A stretch of 64,000 bases of DNA from Vicugna vicugna. Taxonomy: Eukaryota. The translations under genes and the position numbers were made by a program. Location: NCBI GenBank assembly GCA_013265495.1, contig MU058384.1, positions 4,513,239 through 4,577,238 of the forward strand, given 5' to 3'. The notes under the pieces are model-generated. The model saw only the letters and a program-made list of their open reading frames with translations. It did not search any database and had not been told where the DNA came from. Positions 41,725-55,300 of this stretch are shown here, in pieces. Every line of letters starts with the position of its first letter. Position 1 is the first letter of the stretch.

Positions 41725-44287
41725 ATCAATTGTGATGGCCTGAAAACAAGCATCTATGTCTCACACTTACATCATGAAAGCTATAGTCACCCTTTGAAAT
41801 TTCTTAAGAATTACATGTATCCTAAGCTCATCACTGGTACATATTAATGCCTTGTATAATTTTCAAACATAATTATGATTGATGAAAATATGACCTCTAA
41901 AACATTATCAGCTACCATAAGAACTACTAGATAAGCTGTTTCTGGGATTATGTCTGATCCAGATCTCTGTTTAGATCCTCTTCTCTGTTTCTACTTTTCA
42001 TAACCTTCCTCATCACTCCTTGGTCAAAATGCTTCTTCCAATTCTATCTTTTGGTTTTCCCAATGGCCATTTCTATTTAAAAGATCTCCATGTTTGGTCA
42101 CAAATCTGGAGCTAATAAACTTTTATTCTGACTATCTCATAATGCTCTGCAGACATTAACATACCCACATACCCTAAATGTAGTAAGTGATAGAGGAATA
42201 GATAATCACTCTCTTAGGAGCAAGTTTGGGCTGTCTTCCCAGATCAAAGGTTTCAAGACTGGATATAAGATCCAAGAAAGCCATATTTTAAAAAATTATA
42301 AAATTTGACTTATGTACATCTACATGAAATGTCAAATAATGACAATGGAAAAATTAGTTCAATGTATAAAAGACCAAAAAAGTTTACTTTAAATATCCAG
42401 TTTCAACAAATTTTTAAAATTTGGAAGAGCATTTTAGGGTCCAAACATTTATGTTTCTGATTCCTGGTCTTTTTCCAATAAAGAATTGTTTTGGAAAATC
42501 TGAGTAAGGTCTATTTAGTTGCTTTCAAATATATAGTGAGCCAAAACAAAAAGTGAACAGGGACGCAGTAGGATGATTCAAAGCATATTTTTTAAAATGA
42601 CATTTTGAGTGGAGATTATTTCTCCCAGCGGAATACTCTTTCAAGAGTGTTTTCTCACAGAGAATTTTCTTTTAAGGTTAATATTTTAAGAGAAAACTCA
42701 TATCTGAAAGCACAATATACAAGGCAGAATAACAAAGCTGCTCTTATTCCAAATTAGCATTCAGGAAGATTTAGGTTTTGTTAATCTGGAAGCATCAGCA
42801 CAAGTGGCCATTTGCTATCAGAAACATATTGTTCCTTCTGTACAATATTAGTGTGGATAAAGAGCATATTGATTATTGCATCCAATAGAAATTTTCAGGA
42901 AGAATTACAGCAAGTAAATGTCCCAGATTTACACTCGAGCAGTTTTCACTGAATAAGAAAAAACTTGGATTACTTTTTGAACAAAGAGTTCAAAGTTTTT
43001 AATTTAAAGCAACACACACACAAAACCACACAGCCAATAAAAGGTCTCCTTGACAATATATGTAAATGTCCAAGAATATTTAAGTGCTTCTTTTGGCTCC
43101 AATTTTCATTCACTATAAATGCCATATGATGTGAACTGCATGGGAAGTCCTGTGGGTTTGAGTTCCTTCCAAGTTAGTGCTATCACAGCTGATCAAGGGA
43201 ACCAAAGTAAATGATTAGATTTGATACTTTAAAAAATTTTTATCCCAAATGAGTACTTTTTAATCGATTGTAATGCTATATAACTTACAAGAAACAGGAA
43301 AAATACATACATATTAACTGGCATTTATTTTTTTTTAATCACTCCTTATGCTACCAAACGTAGGATGTAGGAAATAGACTTAAGCCACTAGAATTATCAT
43401 AGAAAGACCAGAGAAGCTACTCTATTTCTTTAAATTTTTTTTCCTTTTAAAAATAATAACCATATTAAAATGACTGGAAAATACAAAGAATAATAGAAAA
43501 ACACTTATGTTCACCAGTAATTGAATATTGGTAACATTTTCTCATATTCGCTTTGTTTCCCCCAACAAATACTGCAGACAAAGTTGAAGCTCTCTTTGAC
43601 CACTACCCTTCCCCCCGCCCTCTCCCTAGGGAAACCACTAGCATGAGTTTCATGGGCCACAGTCTGACCCTCTGGGTTTCATGGCTCCAAACTTGGGCTT
43701 AAATTAGAGCCTTGGGGATCTTGCTCCACACAAATTGTGCAATTCTGAGCCCCACGCAAGGGATGTGGGCCAGGCGCCAATCCTTCATGGTGATTCTTCT
43801 TCTCGGAGTGGAACTAACGCAGCCCCGCTCCCTATAAGCCCCACTCCCCCTCCAGCTTTCCCCTGATGGTCCCCCCCGGCCCTCTACTTTGGCCAAACAC
43901 AGTCAGCTTCTCCTCCTGAGAAGACACTGAAACCCCAGCCCTTTCTGTCCTCATTTGCTGCTGTCAGGCATACAACTTTAGCCCCTACTCTGATAAACTT
44001 TCTCTCTCTTTTCTAGCCTCTGGCAATTTTTCTCTTCTCTTCTGAGAAGAATGGTTTGTATTTGACATTTGTCAAAATAATTTTCTGTGATTTTTTTTGT
44101 TTGTTTTGGAGTGTGGCAGGTGGTTTTAATATTTCTCTCTACTCCCTTCTTGACTTAAAAGCCCCTTATTATCTAAATAATTAAGATGGGTTTAAAAAGA
44201 AATAAGCTTAGAAAGAAACAAAACATTTTCAAAACATCTTAATTTAAAAATACATAAATATATTTTATAACTACTATAGATAATACC

Positions 44288-46860
44288 ATTCATTCATCAC
44301 ATAAATAATTACGGAATATTTATTGCATCAGGGATTAACCAATGAATAAAATAAGCAGAAAGAAAAAATACTGATTTCCTTTTAGTGAGGAAATATAGAT
44401 GATAAATAGAAATATGTAGGAAAAATACAGTTGAGAAGAATATTTTACAGTGCTGGGGGCTGGAGAAAGCTTTGTGATTCAGAGAAGCTGATCAGGAAAG
44501 TCCCACTCTGAGAATGGAGAAGGAGCAAGCTTCGCATCTGTCTGATAGAAAACCATTTCAGGCAGAGGAAGCAGCAAGTGCAAAAGCCCTCAGACAGGAG
44601 CTTGCCTGGTATTTAGAAAAACAGCAAGTGGCCAGTGTGACTGAAGTGGAGGGACTGAGTAGGAGAGTAACAGGAGATAAAATCAAAGAATTTACATGGA
44701 CAGACTCTACCAAGCATTTTAGACCAGCATAAGGACTTTGACTTTCACTCTGAGTGAGATGGGAAACCAGAAGAGAGCTGTAGACAGAGAAGACACATAT
44801 AATTTGACTTAAAATCACTCTGGCTGCTCTTTTGAGAATAGACACTGAGGGCAAGTATAGAAACAGGAGACTGATTATGTGGCTAATGCATCATCTGGGC
44901 AAGAGATGACGCGAGACTACCTTGAAGCAATGGAGATAGTTAAAAAAAAAAAAAGATTCCATTGTATTTTGAAAACAGAATCAACGTGATTTGCTGATGG
45001 ACTATATGGTAGGTATAAGAAAAAAATCAAAGAAAAGGTTTTTGACCTAAGCACATGAGAAAATGGAGCTGGCAGTCAGTAAACTGGAGAAGACAGCAAC
45101 AGGATGAAGTTTGGTGAGGGAAATTAAGAACTCAGTTTGGAATGCATTAATTTTGAAATGACAGACAACCTAGGGGAGATCTTAAGTAAGCAGCTGGATA
45201 AAGAGTTGGTGGTTCAAGAAAAAGTTTGGAATGGAGATTTAAAAGAGAGGGAGTTAGTATATAGATGGCATTTAAAACCAGGGGGCTGGAAGAGATTACC
45301 AAGGGTAATGCAGATCAAAAAAAAAAAAGCACTATAAAGGCTGAGCTCTGGAATGTTACGGTATTCAGAATTAGAGAGAGGAGGAACAAACAAAGGAATC
45401 TGAGCCAGTGATGTAGGAGAAATCCAGAAGAAAGTGGTGTCTGAGAAGCCAAGTAAAAGAAGGTATTCTAAAAAGCAGGAAGTGATTAGTTGTGCAGAAT
45501 GTTACTCACAAATCAAGTCGGTAAGATGAGAGCTGGGACTCTACCATCAGATTTAGCAGCATGACGTTCATTAGTAACCTTGACAAAAGACATTTTAATT
45601 TTAGCAAGATAGGGTTCTAGAAAGAATGGGAGAAGTGAATGGCTAAAAGGAAGGAAGAGTACAGGAAATCTGTTTTAGAAAGTTAACCTATAAAGAGAGT
45701 ATATAAATGAGAAAGTAGCTGAAGAGGAGAAATAGGGTTTTAATCCCTTCTGACTGACTTTACAATGGTAAGAGATGGAAGGCCACCAACTAAGAGAGAA
45801 GATGGGGGAGGAAATCTTTCAAGTTTAGGAAAAGGATGAAGAATGTTGATTAAGAACAGTGAACAAATTTTAAGTGAGACTAGTTAGCATAGTTATAACT
45901 ATTCTCCAGCTATATTTATCGTGGAGAGTGGAGGTTCAGAATAAGCAGACAGTTGAATTTTTCCAGGATGGGATTTTACCAGGTAAACAATATAATGTGA
46001 AAGCAGGGCAAGACACTGACAATAGGTGCAAGGAATAAATGTAATGATGAACCATGGAATCTAAGATGTACAAGAGGTGGAAAAGAATAGAGTGATTTGG
46101 AGTATTAGATGTGGCTGCTGGAGAGCAGGATGTTGAAGGCTAATTTTATGAATGGAGGATTGTTATTAACCATGAGTTCTACAGTGTGATCACTGGAGTA
46201 GGGACTGAAGTGGAACAAAGAACAAGATCCTTGGAGGAGAGGAGGTCAATGAACTGAAATGCTATCGTTGGGAAAGGATCATCTAGGTAGATGTCGTGAG
46301 CGAGCTTGGGGCTACCTCATGGAAGGGGGTGAGTGACACATGGATGACTATCTCAAGATCAGAGCAGTGGGTGGCTTAAGCTGATGGCATGAGAGTCACA
46401 ACTGGGGATTTGGGAGAGGAAGCTGAAAGAATGGTCTAGATCAGTGCTTCCCACACAACTTCGTGTACTGATGAAAATATCCTATATCTGCACTGCCCAA
46501 TACAATAATCACTAGCCACAAGACACTACTGAGTACTTGAAATGTGGCTTGTGGAACTGAGGAAATAACTTTTAATACTATTTAATTTTAATGAACTTAA
46601 ATTTAAATAGCCACAACTGGCTACCATATTGGACAGTGCAGCAATGAGAAGCAAGGAGGACATCTACCTTAGCGTTGGGCTCCATGCACCAGGGATGTAG
46701 AGAGAAAAAGGTTAGTTCTTGAGAAGCCTGTTGAGGAAGCAGTGTCAAATGAGAACCATGCTTCAGTTACAGAAAGATTAAGTACACAGGAAACACATTT
46801 TTATGAGTGACCATGAATTCCAGAGGGTAGGTGTAAGAATTTTAGGAGTTAGGGAGAGGG
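44288..46860 (-). mobile_element. Long L2 LINE remnant
   Basis: Begins with the L2 3' tail ttcattcat, then typical L2 purine-rich body (gcaaaagccctcagacaggag, aaaatcactctggctgct, gaaatggagctggcag). Confidence 0.75.
46442..46640. mobile_element. hAT-Charlie MITE (MER3-like) nested in L2
   Basis: ctatatctgcactgcccaataca...tgagtacttgaaatgtggct...aaatttaaatagccaca...atattggacagtgcag. Confidence 0.75.
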
Positions 46861-49800
46861 GATAAATAGGAAAAGAAAAAAAGATGTATGGATTATTCTC
46901 TCTATGTGCATTTATAATTACTATGGTCCTTACTTACGCCTTTTAAGGACAAGGTTCCTATTTCATTAATTTATTGCTCCTTAGAAAAACCAACACAATG
47001 CCTTGCATAATCTTGGCATTTAATAGATACTTATCAAATAAATTAAGAATATTAAGTCCCTGGCAGATAAAGGTATTCTTATTGATAGCCTCTAAAATTT
47101 AGAGTCTGGACAATATTTATTTATACTTTACACTGATTACCAAGGTGACAAATGGTAGTTAGGATTACAAATGTTCATCTAAGTTCAACTATGTCAACAT
47201 AAGGCAACAATTAACTCTTGGCACTCAGACAACATTGTGTAGAAAGCAAATATCCAATGAGATAAAAAAAATAGTTACTAGTTATTAAATACTTTCTACA
47301 TGCTAGTTACTATGCTTTCATTTTTAACCCTAGCAATCCTAGGGTAGGTATCAGTGTCTACATGTTTCAGGGAAGGCTAGTGAAGCAGACAACATAGCCA
47401 TCCTGCCCGAAATTATAGCCATCCTGCCTGAAATCACAGCCAGTAATAATAAGAGCTAAGATTAAAAGCCAGATTTTCTATTTCACATGACTCCCTAGTG
47501 TTTCATACATTATTAACTCAATGTTCTTATTCTCGTGTGTTCTGTAGTCAGAGGAAAAAGTATGAAAGAGGAAAGAAATAAGTAAAGAAGATAATTTTTG
47601 TTCTGCCTTTAGCTGGCCTTCACAATCATAACAGTAATGAAATACAAATAAAATTGGTCTTTGTTTGGTATAGAAAAGTTATGGGAAGTTTAGTGATTCA
47701 GACAAATCAATCAAATACAATCAGTTTTCAATCACAGAAAGATAATTATCACTATATTAACCCAAATAACTGAGTAATAATATTTGCAAAAAAATTACAT
47801 GTCAGATTGTCTTACATTTAGTAAAAAAATCATTGCACAAATTAATGTATCAGATCCTACATTTCCATCTTGCAAACACTTTTACAAGCATGTTTTCTTC
47901 TTGTTAGAATCATAAAATGACAAAGGAAAATAAAAGGTAAACATTCATTAAGTGTCTACTATATGCTCCTGGCACTGGGTCGGTGACTTGTGGCGATTTG
48001 TATCTGGAACTGAAGCTCAGCAGCTTTTCCTATGTCAGAAATTAGTAAAGTCTCACAGTTATGTATTTAAATTAAAAATCTGTAATACAAAAACCTTCTC
48101 CCTTAAAATACCGCTTTTCAAATTTTAATGCAGGATAAAGAAGCAGCACATTCAAGGACTTGTTCTCTTTCTGTGTTAGAGAGCTTAAGAATTGTACTGC
48201 GCTTAACTAAGACAATCTTTTGCCAATCTACAAAGTTCTAGAGCATGAAAGAATGATTTCCTGCAAAGAACTCCTTACTCAGCTAGGAAACCAGAGCCTA
48301 ATATAGTGCCTAGAACGTAGGACGTACTAGTTTATTGAATGGATGAGACAACTGGAAAGATTTCGGTCACTGAATCTGGTGATAATGAAACCAAGGTTTC
48401 TGTTCTTGTTCCACCAATTATGGTTTTTTAAAAATTTTCTGTTATTTTGCTTTTTGTTATTTCTTGCCATTCTGCTTTCTGCAAGATAAGAGTGACTTAG
48501 ACAAGATAGTACTTTTCCAGTTCCAAAGTCCTATGACTGTAAGTTTCACCTTAGATTCTACATGCTGGTTAGATAATTAAGAATCTTAAAGACATTCAGC
48601 CTAGACTTTGAAGATACAAAAGATTCATCTGGTTGGGGATTTACTGACACAAAAATCTTACCTGTAACAAAAATTACATCCATCATTCCTGAGGTTAATC
48701 TGCAATCAGGACGTTTACCTAAAGTGTATATTTAGGGGAACCTAAGAAAACTGATTTTTTTCACCTTCTGTTAAGTTTTATATTTCCCTAGTTCAAGAAT
48801 GAGGATAAAGTGAAAGACATGAACATATAAAAACTCTAAAATGACTAAAACTGTATTCAAAAGTAATTTATTTCTAAAGCTTTGAAAGCTCTCCACTCCT
48901 GCCCCCTGCCCCGCCCCGCCCCAGCCACTGGACTATTTTTGAAATGTTTATAATTTCCTATACCCCATCTATGCAATAGTTGGGTTTATAATAATTATTT
49001 GATTCATTACTGTCATGCTCCTCCACCTCACCCCACCCCACACCCAAAAGGATCGCCTGGCCACACCTGCTGGTCTCTTCCAGTTGCTCTCTACTCTTTA
49101 TTCTTTTCTTCAATAAATACCATCAATACTGACCTCCTTTATGTATCTGTCTATTGCTTCCTTGCCTCTCCCTTCACTTAAATGTAGCCTGGCAAAGTTC
49201 AGAGTCTTGGTGCTTTTATCTTCTGCTGCAATTCCACCACTAAGACAAGCACCTGCCCTTTAGTAGTTGTTAAACAAATATTTTATTGAGTGAATGAATT
49301 TCTCAAGAGAAGCAGCCTTATTTATCTTTGGATTCTGATGCCAAGAACAGTAACTGACATGCGGTAGGCACCCAATAAATGGTTGTTTCCTAGAAATGCC
49401 ATAATAGGAGACAATTCTAACAGTAATTTTGAGTCATAACAAGCATATATGTTGAAAAGAAGAAATACTAAAATGTCATTTTGAAAGTTTTAAAAGATTC
49501 TTCTCTAGAAAAAACAAAATTAATTAATGGAAGCTAAATACTTTTTTCTTAAGTAGGGAAGAGTGAAGAGAAAAAAATTAAGTCCACATGATTACTTAGC
49601 AAACATAAATAGATGATAAAATTATAAACTGTAGTTACGGTTTCCCTTGATGTCACTCTTCTATCTTTTTTCATAATAGTAACAATTTTTATTTATTGAG
49701 CACAAACTATGTGCTAGGGAACACTAGGTACCTTATACATATTATATAGAATTATCTCATTTAATCATAAAAATTCTTTAAGGTACATATAATTAACCTC

Positions 49801-51138
49801 AATATGTAGCTCAAAGAAGTTAACATGGTCAAAATCACAGAAATTAGGTGAGTTTGGGTTCCAACTTGGATGCCCTCATGCCACAGGGCCATTCACCTAC
49901 TTGTGGTACATGCTTCAAAGAGTCAGACTCAGAGAATCCTGTACACTCCAAACAACCTGATTTCTGCTGTTTTTTTCTAAAAGTGCTCTGTTTGTCTCCA
50001 TACCTCCAAGTAGATGAATGGTTTAACTGGGCACAGAGCAACCTAAAGGGGACATTCCAAAGATGGGTCAGTTTTCAATAGTTTTAAAACTGGGACAGTT
50101 TTTAGTTGACAAACACTACTGCTTCCTCTTTTATCTACTGTTTAAAAATTAATGTATTCAAGGGTAGGACCCCATTCTTGGCTTTCAAAGTTCTTTCTGA
50201 CCAATCATACCTTTTCACATGACTCCAACTATTCCTTATGTGCTACCAGTGACCCCCCTACCCAGACCCCTGCCTCCACACCACATTGCCAAAACCACTC
50301 CAACTTTACAAGCCCTGGGGACATGCCCAAAGTTGAATTTGACAACCTCACCCATAAACTGCCACATTCCCTACTTTTCATACTTTGGCCTATGCATTGC
50401 TGTACAATCAGTGATGAAGCTAAAAACTTTAATAGTTCTTGAGTCTTTCCTATCCTTACGTGATAATAACCAATCATTTACCAAGCCCAATTTCTTCTAC
50501 TTCCTAGACATTCCATTTATTCACTCAGAAACAACATATTTATGGAGCACTTACTCTATGCCCAAGATGCTGCCCTGGTCATGTCTGTCTGCCCTCTGCT
50601 TCAACTCCACTGTCCCTGCCCAAATCAAGGCTTTCACCACCACTTACTTTGATTTATAAAATACCATCCAAGCTTGTATGCAAGCTTCCAGTTCCTTGAC
50701 ACACCCCATGTATATTTTCTACTAACACAAAAATTATCTTTCTGAAACACAAATCTAATACTACAAGTATTGGCTAGAAAGTGTTCCTCTCTCCCCTGGA
50801 GTCCATAAGGGTATGTCTTAGAACAGCATGAAGTCCATTAGATCTTCGTTTCAAACTTTCTTTCCTGGCTCATCTTCTGCAACCTCATCCTCTTATGCTC
50901 AAGCTTCTCTAAAAGGTCACTGCTTCTGGAACACATCACAGACTCGCCTGCTTGTTTCTTTGCAAATGCTGTAATCTCTGGTAGCAATTTCTTTTCATAT
51001 TCTCTTTGCCTTAGACTTCAAGATTCATCTCAAATATTGCCTTCACTGTGAATCCTTCTCAGATGTTCCCAAGAGTACTGGCTCACTCTTTTCATTATGC
51101 TGTCAGAATGAAGGGTGTATCACTGTATCATTTATTAT

Positions 51139-51662
51139 TAAGGGACTGAAAATAAAACAGATGATGGCCAGACCGTATGTAAAAACAGAACTTTGACTCA
51201 CAACCTGTCCAGAAAACCAAACCCCTTATTCACAGTAAACAGTACAGGAAGTGAGCTTACTATAAGTCAGATTTGTAGGCCATCAGACTGCTATCTCTAG
51301 TAACAATCCAGGAAGATAAATAATTACGAGTCTAAGAACTAGCCCCAAATTGTCAGAACTTGATTAATAACTGACAGTTTCGTTAATTTTTGTCCCCACT
51401 TCCAACTTAGGATAAACCAGAAAAAGCTAAATTTTCACTGCTAATTAATCACATTTGTTTTTAGTTAGCCAGCCTACAGCTTCCTCACACCAATAGCCTT
51501 CAATTAGGACATACCTGAAGCCTTCCCTTTTTCCCACTCTTCTGCTTGTCTTTGAGTGTCTGCCAGAATGCAACTGAAGTGGCTGACTCCTTTGGGGGTA
51601 GCAAGTTCTGAATAAAATAGCCTTTGATTTTTCTCACTTGGTTGGTCTTTGCTTATTTCTAC
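51139..51662 (+). mobile_element. ERV1-type LTR (MER34/MER39-like)
   Basis: gatggccagacc...aacaatccaggaag...ccacttccaacttagga...aataaaatagcctttg. Confidence 0.6.
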
Positions 51663-53551
51663 CTTGCTTAGCTGGGACCTGCCACATAAAATTACTCAAT
51701 AAGTGCTTTTTTCTTCTTATTATGCTAGTTTTTGTTGAACGGCTACTGCCACCACAGGACACTTTTCACAGTGATCCAAATTTACTGTCAAAATTTTAAA
51801 TAATATTCCCTTATTATCCAGTTAAAGTCTTTGGATCTGTAGTTATGTTCCCTCTTTAATTCCGGATAATTGATAATTTGTATCTTTTCTCTTTTTCCTT
51901 CATCAACATAGCTAGATATGTTGTCAAAGACTCAGCTTTGGGTTGCATGAATTTTCTCAAGATTTGCATTTTGTATTTGGATTTCTGTTCTTACCTTTTA
52001 AAAATTTTTTTCCTTCTACTTAATTTAGGTTTAATTTTTCTACTTTTTTCTAGCTTCTTATGGTGGAGACTATTACTAATAAACTTAGACTCTAATAAAC
52101 TTAGATCATTTATTGTTGACATTTATTCTTTTCAAATACATGTACTTAGAACATTTTGAGGACTGTTTTGAGTTTTGCTTGAGCAGGTCTAAAGGAACCT
52201 TTACTCTATGAATAATTTAGCCTACTAGGAAAGTGTAGCCCTTCTGGAGTCACCACAGCATTTCCCAAGCGATCAACGAGGGCTCTCCATTCTATCTGGT
52301 AGTAATACAAGTGATTCCCAGGGCGGTGTGAATTTTGAAAACCTGTTCGGCTCACAGTTCCCTAGTGGTTTCTGCCCAATCTTGTAGGGTTTCACCCTAT
52401 TCATGCATGTCTTAATATTTTTCAAAGACTCATGGGACTCCCCCTATGCATATTTCTGGAGCTTTTTTCTGTGTAACTCCCTACTCTGCAGAACTCTGCC
52501 CCACCATTTACAGACAACTCAGACTTCCTAAACTTGATCAAAATCTCTCTCCTCAACTACATAAGACAACTGTTCTTTGCTTGGACTCCCCCTCTCCGCT
52601 CCGCAGTGTTAAATGTGCCTTCAGAAAGAAATCCTACACAGTTGGAGGGCTCACCTTATTTGTTTTGCTTCCCTCAGGATTCACTGTCCTGTGCTGCCTG
52701 TTATCCAGTGTCTGAAAAGAGTTGTTTTTATATATTTTGCTCAGTTTTATAGTTGATTAAAGCAGAAGGGTAAATCCAATCCCTTTTACTTCATGGCTGT
52801 AAGCCTTGCCTTCACTCTTGACCCCCTCAAATACATCCCCCATGCTGCTTTCAGAAGGACTATTCTAAAATACAAATTTAAATATCTCACTTCCCTGCTT
52901 GAAGTTGCTGATAGTCCCATAACCTCACAGTGTTCAGAGTCCTGGATAAACGTCCCTTTAGTATGACATGCAAGATATTTGTACTTCAAATCCTGCCTTC
53001 CTTTCTAGCCTTATCCCTTGTCATGCACCCCCTCCCACTTCTCCCTTCATACCTTAAACTTCAGTCACATTTGTAGCCCTTCAAATTCTAATCTTTTTTT
53101 TTGTTTGTTTTGGTCTTTGGGTATTTACACTCATTTGCTGCTCCATTTATCTAACATAACCAATACCCACTCTTAAACTAAAATTGTGATACTAACCTCA
53201 ACTACTGGTTCTTTCAGGAGCCATACCTGACACCTGAATTCTACCTTCAAGGTTCCTTCAATGTGCTTCCACAGAACCCTGTGATATTGGATTAGAACAC
53301 CTGCCACAATGTCCCATATTATCAATGGTCTCTCTGACTTCCCTACTGGACTGTAAGTTTCTTGATGCAATGTCCTTATGGCATTTAATTTTCTAGACTA
53401 GGCACTTACACAAATGTGTCACACATATCAGGTGCTCCATAAATGTCTGCTGAGTAAATGAAAGAGTGAATAATTTTTTCAGTTACAACAGACACCTGGC
53501 TTTCAGGAGGCAGGCTGGTCTAATATCACAGAAGGAAAACGGGCTCTAGAG

Positions 53552-53680
53552 CAGCAGTCATCAAACATGTTCTGTAAAGGTTCAGATACAAGGATTACAG
53601 ACTCTGAAGGTCACATACAGTCTCCTTCCCATCTTTTGAAACAAACCTTTAAAAGTGTAAAAGCCATTCTTAATTTGCCA
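53552..53680. mobile_element. MER58-like hAT MITE fragment
   Basis: caaacatgttctgtaaagg...aaacctttaaaagtgtaaaagccattctta. Confidence 0.55.
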
Positions 53681-53689
53681 ACTCTTATG

Positions 53690-54050
53690 GTAAGAATTAC
53701 ACAGACCTGGGTTTGAACCTTGACTCTAAATCTCGTTAGCCATGCAAATGTGACCACTTACCAATTTTTTTCATCTGCCATATGGGAAAAATAATAATAC
53801 TTATCCTCCAGCGACACTGTAAGGATTAAATAAAATTATGTACGTCAAGGGCACAACAGTACTTGGCATATAGTGGTAATACTATCTAGTATTTATTGAA
53901 CACTTACTATGTGCTAAGCACTATACCAAGCCTTTTACATTCTATTAATCATTTAGTCACCACTACAACACTAGAGATAGCCACAACAGTTATCTCCATT
54001 TTACAAATGAAAAACAAAAGTAGAAATTAAATAACTTGCACAATGACAAT
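53690..54050. mobile_element. Two tail-to-tail MIR SINEs
   Basis: A plus-strand core (cagacctgggtttgaac...gtaaggattaaataa) followed by a minus-strand core (tattgaacacttactatgtgc...ccattttacaaatga). Confidence 0.7.
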
Positions 54051-54597
54051 TAATAAATTGTAAAAATAGCATACAAATTAAATTTTATCTTCTAACCTTT
54101 TGGTAATCAATCTTTCATAGAGTAAAAGTTATTTTTGGAAATCTCTTCATCTTCCTGTTTCATGATTATATAGTCTAGGACTTTCAGTTCCTATCAACTT
54201 CCTTTAAAGATCCTTCTAGTTCTTTAATGACAGGGAGGAGAAGCATCGTTTAGTAGAATGGCCATTAACTATGTATGATTTTGTGCATCTAGCCAGCCGT
54301 TCTGTCATTTTGAAAAAAAGCACTTCACTTCTATGAACTTCAATTTTCAGAAATTAGTATGTGTGTAATACATATGGATTTTAATTTATGGGTAGAATAT
54401 AACCTAATAAAAAATAACACAGATGTCTGAGTATTATAAAACAACTTGAAAAAAATGAATCTGTATCTATAGCTTTAATACTAGTCACTGATCACTTTTA
54501 TCCATTTCAATGAAAAATTTATGTTTAACAAATTAGACAATTTTGGTGAATCTTGGAGCATACTCAGGACACAGTAAATTGTGAACTCAGTTCTGCA

Positions 54598-55300
54598 TTA
54601 CTCATGGTGGATCTCAGCATAAAGTTCAACAGATTCATTAGCAAGTGAGTATTTTCACAGAGAGGGAGTACCAACGTTTGCCCAAATTTGTCACTGTAAC
54701 TAGATATCACAAGTTGATTTTATATAATTAAGTCTTGAAAATTTCAGGGTTTGTGTCTGAGTCAATCACGTGCTATAATAACAACATTTTTGTGTATACT
54801 CATCTAGTGTCATGTATTTCCACTCCCAACCTTCTTTTGGAAAAGGTGTTAAAATAACTTTCTTAAAAACAAGTATTTCCATTGCAAATGCCTTTCCAGA
54901 CTCCAATAAGTGACCTCAGTTTTTCCATGTTTAGACCAAACTTTGCAATTTGCTTCCAGAAATATGGTTAGGTCTTAACAGTTCAGGTGAACTTGCTAAT
55001 TTGTTTTTTAAAATGAATTTTTCTGAAGTTTCCACCAGCAGGGACAGATGCTCCTGCAGCCTGTCTATGTGGTCCTTTCCACTGATAGCATTCTGTGAAC
55101 TTGTTCTTTGGTATGGAATGTATTCCAGTTCCTCATCACTTTTCACATATTCAAAATACTGTATAATAACCAGGGTTACAATTTATTTTTACAATTGAGC
55201 TATTTATATCATTCTTATACTGGTATTTTTAAAAATATATTAAATTCTTAATTGCAATTCAACTTGCATTTTTATTTCTTGTTATCACCCTGCCCACTTC
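54598..55300 (-). pseudogene. Divergent OAS-like nucleotidyltransferase pseudogene, coding exon B (third acidic strand plus OAS C-terminal-like domain), with multiple stops and frameshifts
   Basis: Acceptor: pyrimidine tract, TTAAC branch-like site, then ccactag|G at 55300, phase 2, matching exon A. Read through stops, one frame gives QEIKMQVE (cf. QEIRRQLE), EELEYIP (cf. VEFDVLP), SKLQSLV*TWKN* (cf. TKLKSLIRLVKHW), AFAMEILV (cf. QYALELLT), EYTQKCCYY (cf. NYQQLCIYW), ANVG (cf. GNLG) and SLANES (cf. QLAQEA). The ORF track entry 54931..55146 is its longest open piece. Confidence 0.7.

Noticed and set aside
47394..47442. 21-bp tandem duplication
   Set aside because: An ordinary slippage event inside a MIR remnant.
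50152..50659. Overlapping 82-146 aa ORFs
   Set aside because: They lie in L2 remnant sequence.
54560..54700. Alternative frame VLPLCENTHLLMNLLNFMLRSTMSNAEL resembling a hAT transposase dimerisation motif
   Set aside because: It is a single loose motif without the CER.FS core. The OAS reading explains about ten ordered motifs plus splice sites over the same region.
54931..55158. Treating this ORF as an intact terminal exon with an acceptor at 55159-55160
   Set aside because: That acceptor lacks a pyrimidine tract, and OAS-like similarity continues both upstream to 55300 and past the stop.
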